A DNA stretch of 63,823 bases, counting the filler. It is 7 parts of 7 records of this genome, joined end to end, with 100 filler letters (N's around TTAATTAATTAA, not from the genome) between each part and the next. Parts side by side here need not be neighbours in the genome. Positions count along the whole stretch, not along the records: positions 49,320 to 57,035 come from SRR31147125_13254; positions 57,136 to 63,823 come from SRR31147125_13273; 5 more parts are not named here. The stretch is one strand, 5' to 3'. The stretch's first letter is position 1, and every line of letters begins with the position of its first letter. Below the pieces are notes generated by a model. That model searched no databases. It saw nothing but the letters and a program-made list of their open reading frames with translations, and had not been told where the DNA came from. The translations under genes and the position numbers were made by a program. Positions 50,556 through 59,290 of this stretch are shown here, in pieces.

Positions 50556-51515
50556 ATGCATTCAATAGAAGAACTTAAAAGCCTTTACGAAAACAAACTT
50601 AAACCACAACTTGTGGGTATGGAAAGCAAGCGTAAGTTTGTTCGTAGATATAGATTGGTAGCCATTGTTTGCGTACTACTGGCATTTGTAATATTAGGAA
50701 GCGATTACACTGTAATTAAAATTGCAGGCTTTATAATATTTGCCGCTGGTGCTCTTTATACAGGCGCTAAAGCACTTGGTGCTTACAACAAATACCACAA
50801 GAAATTTAAAAACGAAGTAGTTCGAAAAGTAATTCGTTTAATTAATCCGGCCTACAAATACAATTCGGCTAAGCACATTGAAGTTTACGAGTACAACAAG
50901 GCAGCCATTTTTAAACGCAAAGCCGAACGTTGTATTGGCGACGATTTGGTTTTTGGCGAAATAGATAAAACTCCATTTAAGTTTTCGGAAGTAAAAACAC
51001 AATACAAAATCAGTAAAACCGATGACCACGGTAAAAGGCAAACTGAATGGCACGATATTTTTCGGGGACTTTTCTTTTTTGCCGAATTTAATAAAAATAT
51101 TGAAGGGCAAACATTTGTATTTCCTGAGAAAGATAAGAATACAACCAACCTTTTCGGCAGGGAGAAAGGAGAAAGCAAACATTACGGTGAGTTGGTTAAA
51201 CTCGAAAATCCTGAATTTGAACAAATCTTCTCGGTGTACGGTACCAGCCAGCAGGAAGCACGTTACATTCTTACCCCGGTAATGATGGAAGCCATTGTAA
51301 ACATCTATAAAAATTATGGATTGAAAATGTATTTCTCGTTTAGGGGCGCTTATGTGTTTTGCGCCATTCCATTTAATCGAAATCTTTTCGAACCAAACAT
51401 AAAAAAAACGGGCATAAACTTTCGCGATGTGGAAGAAATGTACATGCTGTTTAACCTGATTGAAATGATTATAAAAGAAATGAATTTGAATACACGAATT
51501 TGGACAAAGAAATAA
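50556..51515 (+). CDS. DUF3137 family membrane protein (paralog)
   Basis: Same motifs as the upstream gene; ends MNLNTRIWTKK. Confidence 0.85.
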   Translation: MHSIEELKSLYENKLKPQLVGMESKRKFVRRYRLVAIVCVLLAFVILGSDYTVIKIAGFIIFAAGALYTGAKALGAYNKYHKKFKNEVVRKVIRLINPAYKYNSAKHIEVYEYNKAAIFKRKAERCIGDDLVFGEIDKTPFKFSEVKTQYKISKTDDHGKRQTEWHDIFRGLFFFAEFNKNIEGQTFVFPEKDKNTTNLFGREKGESKHYGELVKLENPEFEQIFSVYGTSQQEARYILTPVMMEAIVNIYKNYGLKMYFSFRGAYVFCAIPFNRNLFEPNIKKTGINFRDVEEMYMLFNLIEMIIKEMNLNTRIWTKK

Positions 51516-51547
51516 ATCCTTAATACATCATCAAAAAACAATTTAAA

Positions 51548-52132
51548 ATGAAAAAAATTATCTACCTCAGTTTAGTTGCCCTTGTTTTGACATCATGTTC
51601 CTCAATCAGTTCTGTAACTACTTCAAACGAAGTTTCAAAACCGGCACCAGTTGCTGCTCCCGAAGGAATGGAGTTTGAAACCTATAACGATTATAAAGAA
51701 TTTGCGTCGGTAAATGTTCCTATTTCGGGCAACAATTTTAAGGCAGAAGACCATGGAAGGGTATTGCCTTCGGTACTGTATAGAAGTAGTGCACATATTG
51801 CAATATGGCCCAATATTGGCGATACCGAAGGCGATTTTGCCGCCCAATTGGAAGCGGTAAAACGTAAACTTGGAATACAAATTAAAGAGAATACCACAGT
51901 GGTGTTTGAAGAGAAAAAATTGGGCGACAAAAATGTGGCACTTGTTGATATTGAGACTCTTGCCAGAACCGGTGCTGTTAAAATGAAATATGGATACCTC
52001 GTTCAGCATGGAAACAAAGCTGCTTTGGTAATGGCTTACGATGCTTATTTCACTCCCTCGCAGATTGAGCAGTGCAAATCTGAGCTCGATGAAACATTTC
52101 AATACATTGTAAAAACCATGCAGTTTAATTAG
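51548..52132 (+). CDS. Lipoprotein of unknown function
   Basis: Lipobox LTSC. Confidence 0.8.
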   Translation: MKKIIYLSLVALVLTSCSSISSVTTSNEVSKPAPVAAPEGMEFETYNDYKEFASVNVPISGNNFKAEDHGRVLPSVLYRSSAHIAIWPNIGDTEGDFAAQLEAVKRKLGIQIKENTTVVFEEKKLGDKNVALVDIETLARTGAVKMKYGYLVQHGNKAALVMAYDAYFTPSQIEQCKSELDETFQYIVKTMQFN

Positions 52133-52136
52133 AACT

Positions 52137-52808
52137 ATGAAAAAAACGGTACTAATATTATTTGTTTTGGCTTTTGCTTTTAACGGTTTTTCCCAATCCT
52201 GTAGCAGTAAAACAAAACTTGAAGAAACGGTAAATGCAATTTCCGAAAAACCATCGGTGTTTCTTTCCAATAGCTACTTGTACATTATTCACCCAATGAT
52301 AAAAAAAGAGGATAGGGAACGCGAATATAAAATAAAAGGAACTTTTAAATGGGACGGCGATTCGTGCAAAATTGTTTACAATTCGTACGAACAAACAAAG
52401 GGTCCAAAATCGAAGTCTACCATTAAATTGGGCGAAACTTTCCGGTTTAATTATCCAATAAATACGCTTAAAACATTTTTAGCCGAAAACGAATTTAAAG
52501 GCTGGGAGTTTTCCGAAAGTTTAGAGTTGGATAAACAACAATTTAGTGGCTACAAAAGTACGGTAGTCGTTAATGGTGTTGAAAAGGATTTTGAGGTTTA
52601 TTTGAAAGACAATCAGCTTTATGCGGCATCGTGTGGTTTTGCCAAAGCAGGTATTTCGCACGAAGATGGAGCAGAAGAATCAGCAGATTTCTGGTATTTC
52701 GAAAAAGCCGGAGGCAAGTTGCGCCTGGCAAAAAAGTTTACCATCGAAGCCTCGAAAAGTAATTCGGTTCCTGTACTTAAAAAAACAACAGACAATTATC
52801 AATATTAA
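52137..52808 (+). CDS. Secreted protein of unknown function
   Basis: Bacteroidota-type signal peptide ending FSQ. Confidence 0.75.
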   Translation: MKKTVLILFVLAFAFNGFSQSCSSKTKLEETVNAISEKPSVFLSNSYLYIIHPMIKKEDREREYKIKGTFKWDGDSCKIVYNSYEQTKGPKSKSTIKLGETFRFNYPINTLKTFLAENEFKGWEFSESLELDKQQFSGYKSTVVVNGVEKDFEVYLKDNQLYAASCGFAKAGISHEDGAEESADFWYFEKAGGKLRLAKKFTIEASKSNSVPVLKKTTDNYQY

Positions 52809-52819
52809 AACCCAATACT

Positions 52820-53335
52820 ATGAAGAATCTATTTTTTATAATTGGAATGCTATTTAGCTTTTCGGCTTTTTGTCAGCTAAGCGATGCCGAAAATAAAGCC
52901 CTCGACGAGTTAATAGCAAGTAAGGTGGAAATTGAGGCGGATGCCCTAAAATCAGGTGTTCTAAAAAACACTTTCGATGCCAGTTTCTTTACACTAAAAC
53001 GCACGCCACATTACAACGAAAATGGAGGTTACCACGAAAGTGTTTTAATGAAACAAGACGGAAAAATCTTTGAAGTTAACAATGCCGAATTGCTTGTGCC
53101 GGTGCTAAAAAAGTCGTACAAAATAACCAGCGAAACCGAAGCCCGGCAATTAAAAGATGCACTGGCTTTGCTTTTGGTAAGTGGCTCGGGCAGCGAAGAT
53201 AAAATCGTTCAGAAAGACCAGCAATGGATTTTGGTTTGCGAAGAGTGGTTTGGCGATAAAAAAGGTTTTGTGGTTACTACCGAAAATGACGGAAAGGTTA
53301 GCAAAATTGAATATTCGAGTAAGTTGGAGATTTAA
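52820..53335 (+). CDS. Secreted single-domain protein homologous to the C-terminus of 53479-54879
   Basis: Signal peptide; FDA.F, DAL, FGDKKGFVV, KIEYS.KL. Confidence 0.8.
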   Translation: MKNLFFIIGMLFSFSAFCQLSDAENKALDELIASKVEIEADALKSGVLKNTFDASFFTLKRTPHYNENGGYHESVLMKQDGKIFEVNNAELLVPVLKKSYKITSETEARQLKDALALLLVSGSGSEDKIVQKDQQWILVCEEWFGDKKGFVVTTENDGKVSKIEYSSKLEI

Positions 53336-53338
53336 CGG

Positions 53339-53469
53339 TTGGCAGTCGGCAGTATTCAGTCAACAGTCTTCAGTCGGCAGTCTTCAGTTCACTGTTCTGC
53401 TTTTCAAGTCTTATGTCTAACATCTAATTTTTAGTCTTGTATCTAATATCTTGATTCTTGAATCTAATT
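53339..53469. repeat. Two heptamer tandem repeat tracts (NNNNCAG x7, then TCTWNNN about x8)
   Basis: TTGGCAG TCGGCAG TATTCAG TCAACAG TCTTCAG TCGGCAG TCTTCAG; TCTTATG TCTAACA TCTAATT ... TCTTGTA TCTAATA TCTTGAT TCTTGAA TCTAATT. Confidence 0.75.
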
Positions 53470-53478
53470 TTAATCAAA

Positions 53479-54879
53479 ATGAAAAAAATATACACTTTAC
53501 TACTTGCACTTTGCTGTTTTGTGGCGGTAAATGCACAAAAAAATTATACCATTCTTACCCTCGAAGAAATTGGAGCAGCTACCATTGTTCCTGAAGAGGT
53601 AATAATGATTGTGGTAGAAAATGTTGGCGAGGTTCCGAACCTTGCATTTTACGACCTCGAAAAAAAGGAGCTTATGCAAAAGTTTTCGGCAAAACTCCCT
53701 GAAAATCCGGTATATCATATAATTCCGTGCGACAATGGTTTGCTTTATTTGCTAACGCTTAAAAGAGGCGACGATTCGGGATTTCCCATGTTCGATGCCA
53801 TTTATTCGTTTGATTATAAAAAAGACAAGCTGCAAAAAATATACACTGAAAATGAAGTTATACCAATGCCTTCTGGAGCAAGTGCTGTACATACTAAATT
53901 GGTGTTAAGTGGAAGGGCTTTTCATGAGCAGCCTCGTATTTTTAATGTAGATTCAAAGGAGTTTGAAATACTATCGGATGACGAAAGTTTAAGAGTACTG
54001 TGTACTTCTGATGAGCATGATAGTTATGTGGTAATAAAATTTAGCGAATTAAAAGAAGATGATTCCTTTCCGGTTTATGTGATGGATAAAAATGGAAAAC
54101 TCAGCGAATCGATAGGTATATACGACTCTCGAATGGTAGCTTCTACTAACGAAGACGAAAACCACATGCCGGGTTTTACCATTACAAATGCGGAATATAA
54201 TTGGGTGGCTGAAGCTTTCGACAACAGTGGTTTTCCACTGTCGGGATTTGCCATTGCAATGCACCCGGGTTTAGCTGAAAAATACAATAAAACCGACCAC
54301 CTTTTTGATATTCGTGAAATTGTGGCAGCCAACGAAAATTACATGGCAGCTAAAGGCAAAGGTCAGTTTTGGGTGTACAATGCAAAAACGCCAAACACAA
54401 GCAAACCACAGAATGTTAGCGACGAAGACCTGGCATCCATTAACGCTTATTTCGACGAGCAAACTGAATACATAAAAACACCTCTGCAATCGGCAGCGCT
54501 CGGGCAGGTTTTTGATGCTAAATTTTATTCGGTTACCGAAAAAATAAAGGCTGGTGATTATGGTTTTAGCGAATCTACTTTTATTGCCTTTGCACAAAAC
54601 AATAAGTACGATGTGTTAATGAATAATGCCATGTTAACGATTTTGGTAGCTCCCAAATTTAAAATAGAAAACGAACAAAATGCAAGCCTTTTTCAAGATG
54701 CGTTAAATGCACTTTATCCTCCCGGAACTTTCGATAAAAAACATATTCAGTGCTACAAAAAAGATAATAGCTGGTGTTTTGTGCGCGGCGAATCGTTTGG
54801 CGAGAAAAAAGGTTTTGTGGTTCAGCTAAACGGGAATAGTATTATTGAAAAAATAGAATACTCGAAGAAACTTAATTAA
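53479..54879 (+). CDS. Secreted protein with a beta-rich N-terminal region and a C-terminal domain shared with 52820-53335
   Basis: Signal peptide ending NAQ; C-terminal FGEKKGFVV...KIEYSKKLN. Confidence 0.8.
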   Translation: MKKIYTLLLALCCFVAVNAQKNYTILTLEEIGAATIVPEEVIMIVVENVGEVPNLAFYDLEKKELMQKFSAKLPENPVYHIIPCDNGLLYLLTLKRGDDSGFPMFDAIYSFDYKKDKLQKIYTENEVIPMPSGASAVHTKLVLSGRAFHEQPRIFNVDSKEFEILSDDESLRVLCTSDEHDSYVVIKFSELKEDDSFPVYVMDKNGKLSESIGIYDSRMVASTNEDENHMPGFTITNAEYNWVAEAFDNSGFPLSGFAIAMHPGLAEKYNKTDHLFDIREIVAANENYMAAKGKGQFWVYNAKTPNTSKPQNVSDEDLASINAYFDEQTEYIKTPLQSAALGQVFDAKFYSVTEKIKAGDYGFSESTFIAFAQNNKYDVLMNNAMLTILVAPKFKIENEQNASLFQDALNALYPPGTFDKKHIQCYKKDNSWCFVRGESFGEKKGFVVQLNGNSIIEKIEYSKKLN

Positions 54880-54899
54880 AAACATAAAAATTGAATAAA

Positions 54900-55958
54900 A
54901 TGAAAAAACTTTTAATTATTGCTTTGGCAGTTTTTAGCTTGAATATTCAGGCGCAGGAAGCGAAAACTTACGCGGTAAAATCGGGTTACATAAAGTATGA
55001 GTTAGCCGGAAGTACAAAAGGTACAAAAGAATTATGGTGGGACGACTATGGCCGAAAAACCTGTGAGTTTGAAAAATCGACTACAACTACAAAAATGTTT
55101 GGTATAAAAAATACCGACGAAAAACATTCGACAACTGTAATTGTAAAAGACAAATTTTGGGTGGCTGATTATATTGACAATCGTGGTTCGAAAGGAACAG
55201 TTCCATTTTATAATGAAGGACAGGAAATGGTTAGCGACATGTCGGAAAAAGAGCGACAAGAATTTGCTGATGAAGTGTTAGCAAGCATGGGCGGAAAAAA
55301 GCAAGGAACTGAAAGTTTGAATGGATACAAATGTGATGTTATAAAATTAATGGGCGTAAAATCATGGATTTACAAAGGTCTTGTATTGAAAATGGAAGGG
55401 AAGCTTATGAAGATTATAACCAACGAAATGTTTGTTGAGTTTAAACCCAATACAAAAGTTCCGGCATCAAAATTTAATCCACCATCGGGTGTAAAATATG
55501 AAGATTTAGCGGAGCAGGCAGGAGCACAAGGTTTTATGGGAGCTTTAGGCGCCTTCGGTGATGCAGAGGAAGAAGAAGATGATGATGATGAAATTATTCC
55601 GGTTGATTATTCTTACGAAAAATTTAAAAAGGTAGTAAGTAGCTGCAAACTCGAAGGTTACCGTTATGTTGGAACTAACAATATGGAAGGAATGTACGCC
55701 GCTACTTTTAAGAATGGTTTGAAAAGTATAATGGTAATGGCGCAAGCAGAAGAAAATATTGAAGGAGATGAAGAGTACGATTCATTCAGACCGTTTAAAC
55801 ACAATGGTCATACTTGTCGTTTTGGCGATTTAGAGGAAGAAAATGGAACAGCATTAGTTGTAGAATATCCTTCGGATGATATGGTTGTAAGTATTTTGGC
55901 AATGCCTGAAAAAAGCAAAGAAGAATTATTAGAAATAGAAGATAAACTTCAGTTTTAA
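54900..55958 (+). CDS. Secreted protein, DUF4412-like N-terminal domain plus acidic linker and second domain
   Basis: KSG.IKY, WDDYG, GTESLNGYKC, VPASKFNPP. Confidence 0.7.
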   Translation: MKKLLIIALAVFSLNIQAQEAKTYAVKSGYIKYELAGSTKGTKELWWDDYGRKTCEFEKSTTTTKMFGIKNTDEKHSTTVIVKDKFWVADYIDNRGSKGTVPFYNEGQEMVSDMSEKERQEFADEVLASMGGKKQGTESLNGYKCDVIKLMGVKSWIYKGLVLKMEGKLMKIITNEMFVEFKPNTKVPASKFNPPSGVKYEDLAEQAGAQGFMGALGAFGDAEEEEDDDDEIIPVDYSYEKFKKVVSSCKLEGYRYVGTNNMEGMYAATFKNGLKSIMVMAQAEENIEGDEEYDSFRPFKHNGHTCRFGDLEEENGTALVVEYPSDDMVVSILAMPEKSKEELLEIEDKLQF

Positions 55959-55980
55959 GAGACTGAATTAGGTAGAATGT

Positions 55981-56027
55981 ATCCCTTGTCTGGGCTTTTA
56001 TAAAAAGTTTTGGGCAGGGGATTTTTA
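55981..56027 (+). terminator. Intrinsic terminator ending the secreted-protein operon
   Basis: ATCCCTTGTCT...GGGCAGGGGAT plus T-run. Confidence 0.7.
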
Positions 56028-56114
56028 TTGTTTCCTAAATCCACAAAACTTTTATTCGCACATTTTGTTTAATTATCTTTAACTTGAAGAACATTAACAA
56101 ACAACTTTTAAATC

Positions 56115-56978
56115 ATGAAAATTTTTTTAATCCTCTTACTACTGTTTCCTGTTGCTCTTTTTGCACAAGAAGAAAAGAAAGACACACTTTGGACAAATAG
56201 CGGAAATATTACCCTTAATTTTTCGCAAGTATCGCTTACCAACTGGGCTGCCGGTGGTAAAAGTTCTATGTCGGGCATATTTATGGTGAACTATGCGGCC
56301 AATTACAAAAAAGATAAATTGAGCTGGGATAACAGTTTCGATTTTCGTTATGGCTTTTTAAAAGAAGACGACGTTGATTTACGGAAATCGGACGATATGA
56401 TAGATATTAGTTCGAAGTTAGGAATTGAAGCCGGAGGGAACTGGAATTATGCGGCATTACTTGGTTTTAAATCGCAATTTGCCAGCGGTTATAATTATCC
56501 TGATACCGACAATGCGATTTCGAAATTTTTAGCTCCGGGGTATTTAACACTTGGTTTGGGTATGGATTATAAAACGGATAATTTTTCGGCATTGCTAGCT
56601 CCGGTTTCGGGTAAATTTACTTTTGTTTCCGACGATGACCTTTCTGATGCCGGTGCATTTGGTGTTGATCAGGGAAGTAAAACCAGGGGCGAATTTGGTG
56701 CCTCTGTAAAATTCGAGTTTAAAACCGACATTATGAAAAATGTTACGCTTGATACCAAGTTGGATTTATTTTCGAATTACCTCGATAATCCTCAAAATAT
56801 TGATGTGGACTGGAAGACACAGATTAATATGAAAATAAACGACTACTTGTCGGCTAATTTAATTTCTCACCTTATTTACGACGACGATGTAAAAATTCTC
56901 GATCCGGATGATAGTACAGAAGCAGCCCGTGTACAGTTTATGGAATCGTTTGGGGTTGGGTTAACAGTGAAATTCTAA
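56115..56978 (+). CDS. DUF3078 family outer-membrane beta-barrel protein
   Basis: FSQVSLTNWAAGG, RKSDD, F.APGY, LFSNY, YDDD, C-terminal F. Confidence 0.85.
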   Translation: MKIFLILLLLFPVALFAQEEKKDTLWTNSGNITLNFSQVSLTNWAAGGKSSMSGIFMVNYAANYKKDKLSWDNSFDFRYGFLKEDDVDLRKSDDMIDISSKLGIEAGGNWNYAALLGFKSQFASGYNYPDTDNAISKFLAPGYLTLGLGMDYKTDNFSALLAPVSGKFTFVSDDDLSDAGAFGVDQGSKTRGEFGASVKFEFKTDIMKNVTLDTKLDLFSNYLDNPQNIDVDWKTQINMKINDYLSANLISHLIYDDDVKILDPDDSTEAARVQFMESFGVGLTVKF

Positions 56979-57002
56979 AAAAACATTTCCTGAAAATATA
57001 TC

Positions 57003-57035
57003 AAAACCGCTTCCTTTTATAGGGTAGCGGTTTTT
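57003..57035 (+). terminator. Intrinsic terminator
   Basis: AAAACCGCTTCC...GGTAGCGGTTTTT. Confidence 0.75.
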
Positions 57036-57135
57036 NNNNNNNNNNNNNNNNNNNNNNNNNNNNNNNNNNNNNNNNNNNNTTAATTAATTAANNNNNNNNN
57101 NNNNNNNNNNNNNNNNNNNNNNNNNNNNNNNNNNN

Positions 57136-59290
57136 TTTTATTGCTAATACTGAAAGTCCTAATGTGGATGGCCGGGAAAGAGAGTGGTATATCAAAGCTA
57201 TTGGCAATGAGGACCTGATTGTCTCGAAACCTTATATTGATCTTTTGAGTCATGATACAGTCATAACTTTGTCAAAATCAGTTCAATTTCAAGGTAGCAA
57301 CAGAGGTGTGTTTGGAATAGACTTAAACTTATCTGACTTTTTAACAAGTTTACAAGACCTCTATAAGGGTGATTTTATAATTTCTTATGAGAACATCTTC
57401 CTTGAGACAACAATTGACGCTTTCAGGAGTACAGGCCATGTTAATGAGGATGTCATACAATATGCAGAACTCAATAATATGGAAATACGTCAATTTGATA
57501 TAGAAAACTATGGTTTATCAATTTATTTGCTCAATAAGGATACAATCCTCTATCATAAAAGTATATTGACTGAGTCCACCTTCACGTCCCATGTATGGAC
57601 GGTTATTTTTGCATTAATCATATCTTTAGCATTTGCAATAAGTGTTCTTATATATATCAACAAACATTTAAACGATGTAGATATCAACGATGTTGTGTTG
57701 CCTGCTAGGATGGAAAAATTAAAAGATCTTTACGACCAACTCAAAGAGTTTTTTAATCAGAATACCCTAAGACAAGATAAGTTAGGCATTGAAAAAGAGA
57801 AGTTTGATAAAAGGTATCAACAATTGGTTTTAGAATATAATCGACTTGAAATTGATTTAAATCACCATGTTAAGGAAATTACTCGTCTTGAAGATACCTA
57901 TAATGACTTAATTACCAATATACCCGATATGGTTTGGGTTATTGACCCTGAAGGTAATTTGGTATTTTTTAATGACGAGTTATTGATTCAATTGGGATAC
58001 AGAAGAGATGAACTGAATCAAATGAAGTTAAAAGATTTAATTCATGAAATAGATGATTCCTTACTTATAAATATTCTAACTAAAAGAAATTTTAAAGATT
58101 TTGAAATGACGCTACTCTCTAAAGACCAACAACAAAAAATTATTGCAAGTGTTAAAACCAAACGTATTTATGTTGAGGATAACTTGTATTTGATTCAAGG
58201 TATTTGTAAAGATATTTCTGTAGATAAGAAGATGTTTTATGATTATTACAATATGAATAAAGAACTCTATCTACTAAATGATATCAGTAAAACTTTAGTC
58301 AACTCCTATGAGTTGAATACAATGCTTAAGAGTATCGTGGATAAAATATCAGTTTTAATGAACTTTGATGTGGCATGTATTGGTATTTTAGAGAAATCGA
58401 ATTTAGAAATTATAGTTGATAATGAAAGAAACGCATTGGTAAATAGAGGGAAGAAATATGAGTTGGATGCATCTAGTTATGAAAAGTTAATGTCTTCAAA
58501 AGACTACCTGAACAAGGATGATGTATTTAATATTGATTATAAAGCAAAAGGCTATCAGCAATTATTGCTTCCACTTAAAAATAATGAGAATGACTTTGGA
58601 GTATTAATCGCATATAAAAATGAGATTATTTCCAATGAGCAAATCAGTTTGATGCAATCAGTAGCTATCAATGCAACTATTGCCATTGAAAAATCTATGA
58701 TATTTGATAAGTTGCAAAATGACTATTACAAAATGATTGAATCTTTAGTGAATGCAATGGAAATCAAACTGAAATCAGCCAAAGGTCATGCAAAACGTGT
58801 TGGTTCTTTGTCTGTTATGATAGGTGAACGATTTTATTTAAGTCAGGATGAACTCAATGAAATATATGTTGCGGGTTTATTACATGACATTGGTAAAATG
58901 GGAATAGAGGATCAATACTTTCTAGATGAAACCATAGAAAAAGCTTTAAAAAACAGGGAAATATTAAAACATGTTCCTATAGGTAAGGAATTAATTGAAG
59001 ATATTGGATTAACTCGCAACACGATAGATGGTGTGTTTTATCACCATTTGAATTATGATTTGAGAGGATATCCTGAGACAGAATTAGTGGAGCAACCATT
59101 TATAGCTCAAATCATTCAGTTAAGTAATGATTTTATCAATGCATTATCCGATAATAAATTGACAGTGACTGAGGTATTTCTAATGGTCGAGGCGCATGCA
59201 GGGTCAAAATATTCTCCTGATGTTATACATGCTCTTGACAGTATTATTAAGGATCAATTGGAGAAATTAGAGAACATTATTAATAATTGA
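57136..59290 (+). CDS. Cache-TM-PAS-GAF-HD-GYP protein with a degenerate catalytic end, 5' truncated
   Basis: REWY..A, SKPYID (Cache); IPDMVWVID (PAS); HDIGK, HH, GYP; LSNDFINAL in place of VADAFDAM. Confidence 0.85.

Noticed and set aside
51635-52270. Long antisense ORFs (also 45401-45937, 24128-24601, 15279-15716, 14066-14521)
   Set aside because: They are shadows of well-supported genes on the opposite strand and show no motifs.
53339-53469. CRISPR-like array
   Set aside because: The period is 7 nt with no long repeats or spacers, and no cas genes are present.
20141-57135. Repeated TTAATTAATTAA palindrome
   Set aside because: It always sits inside 100-nt N spacers, so it is an artificial all-frame stop linker.
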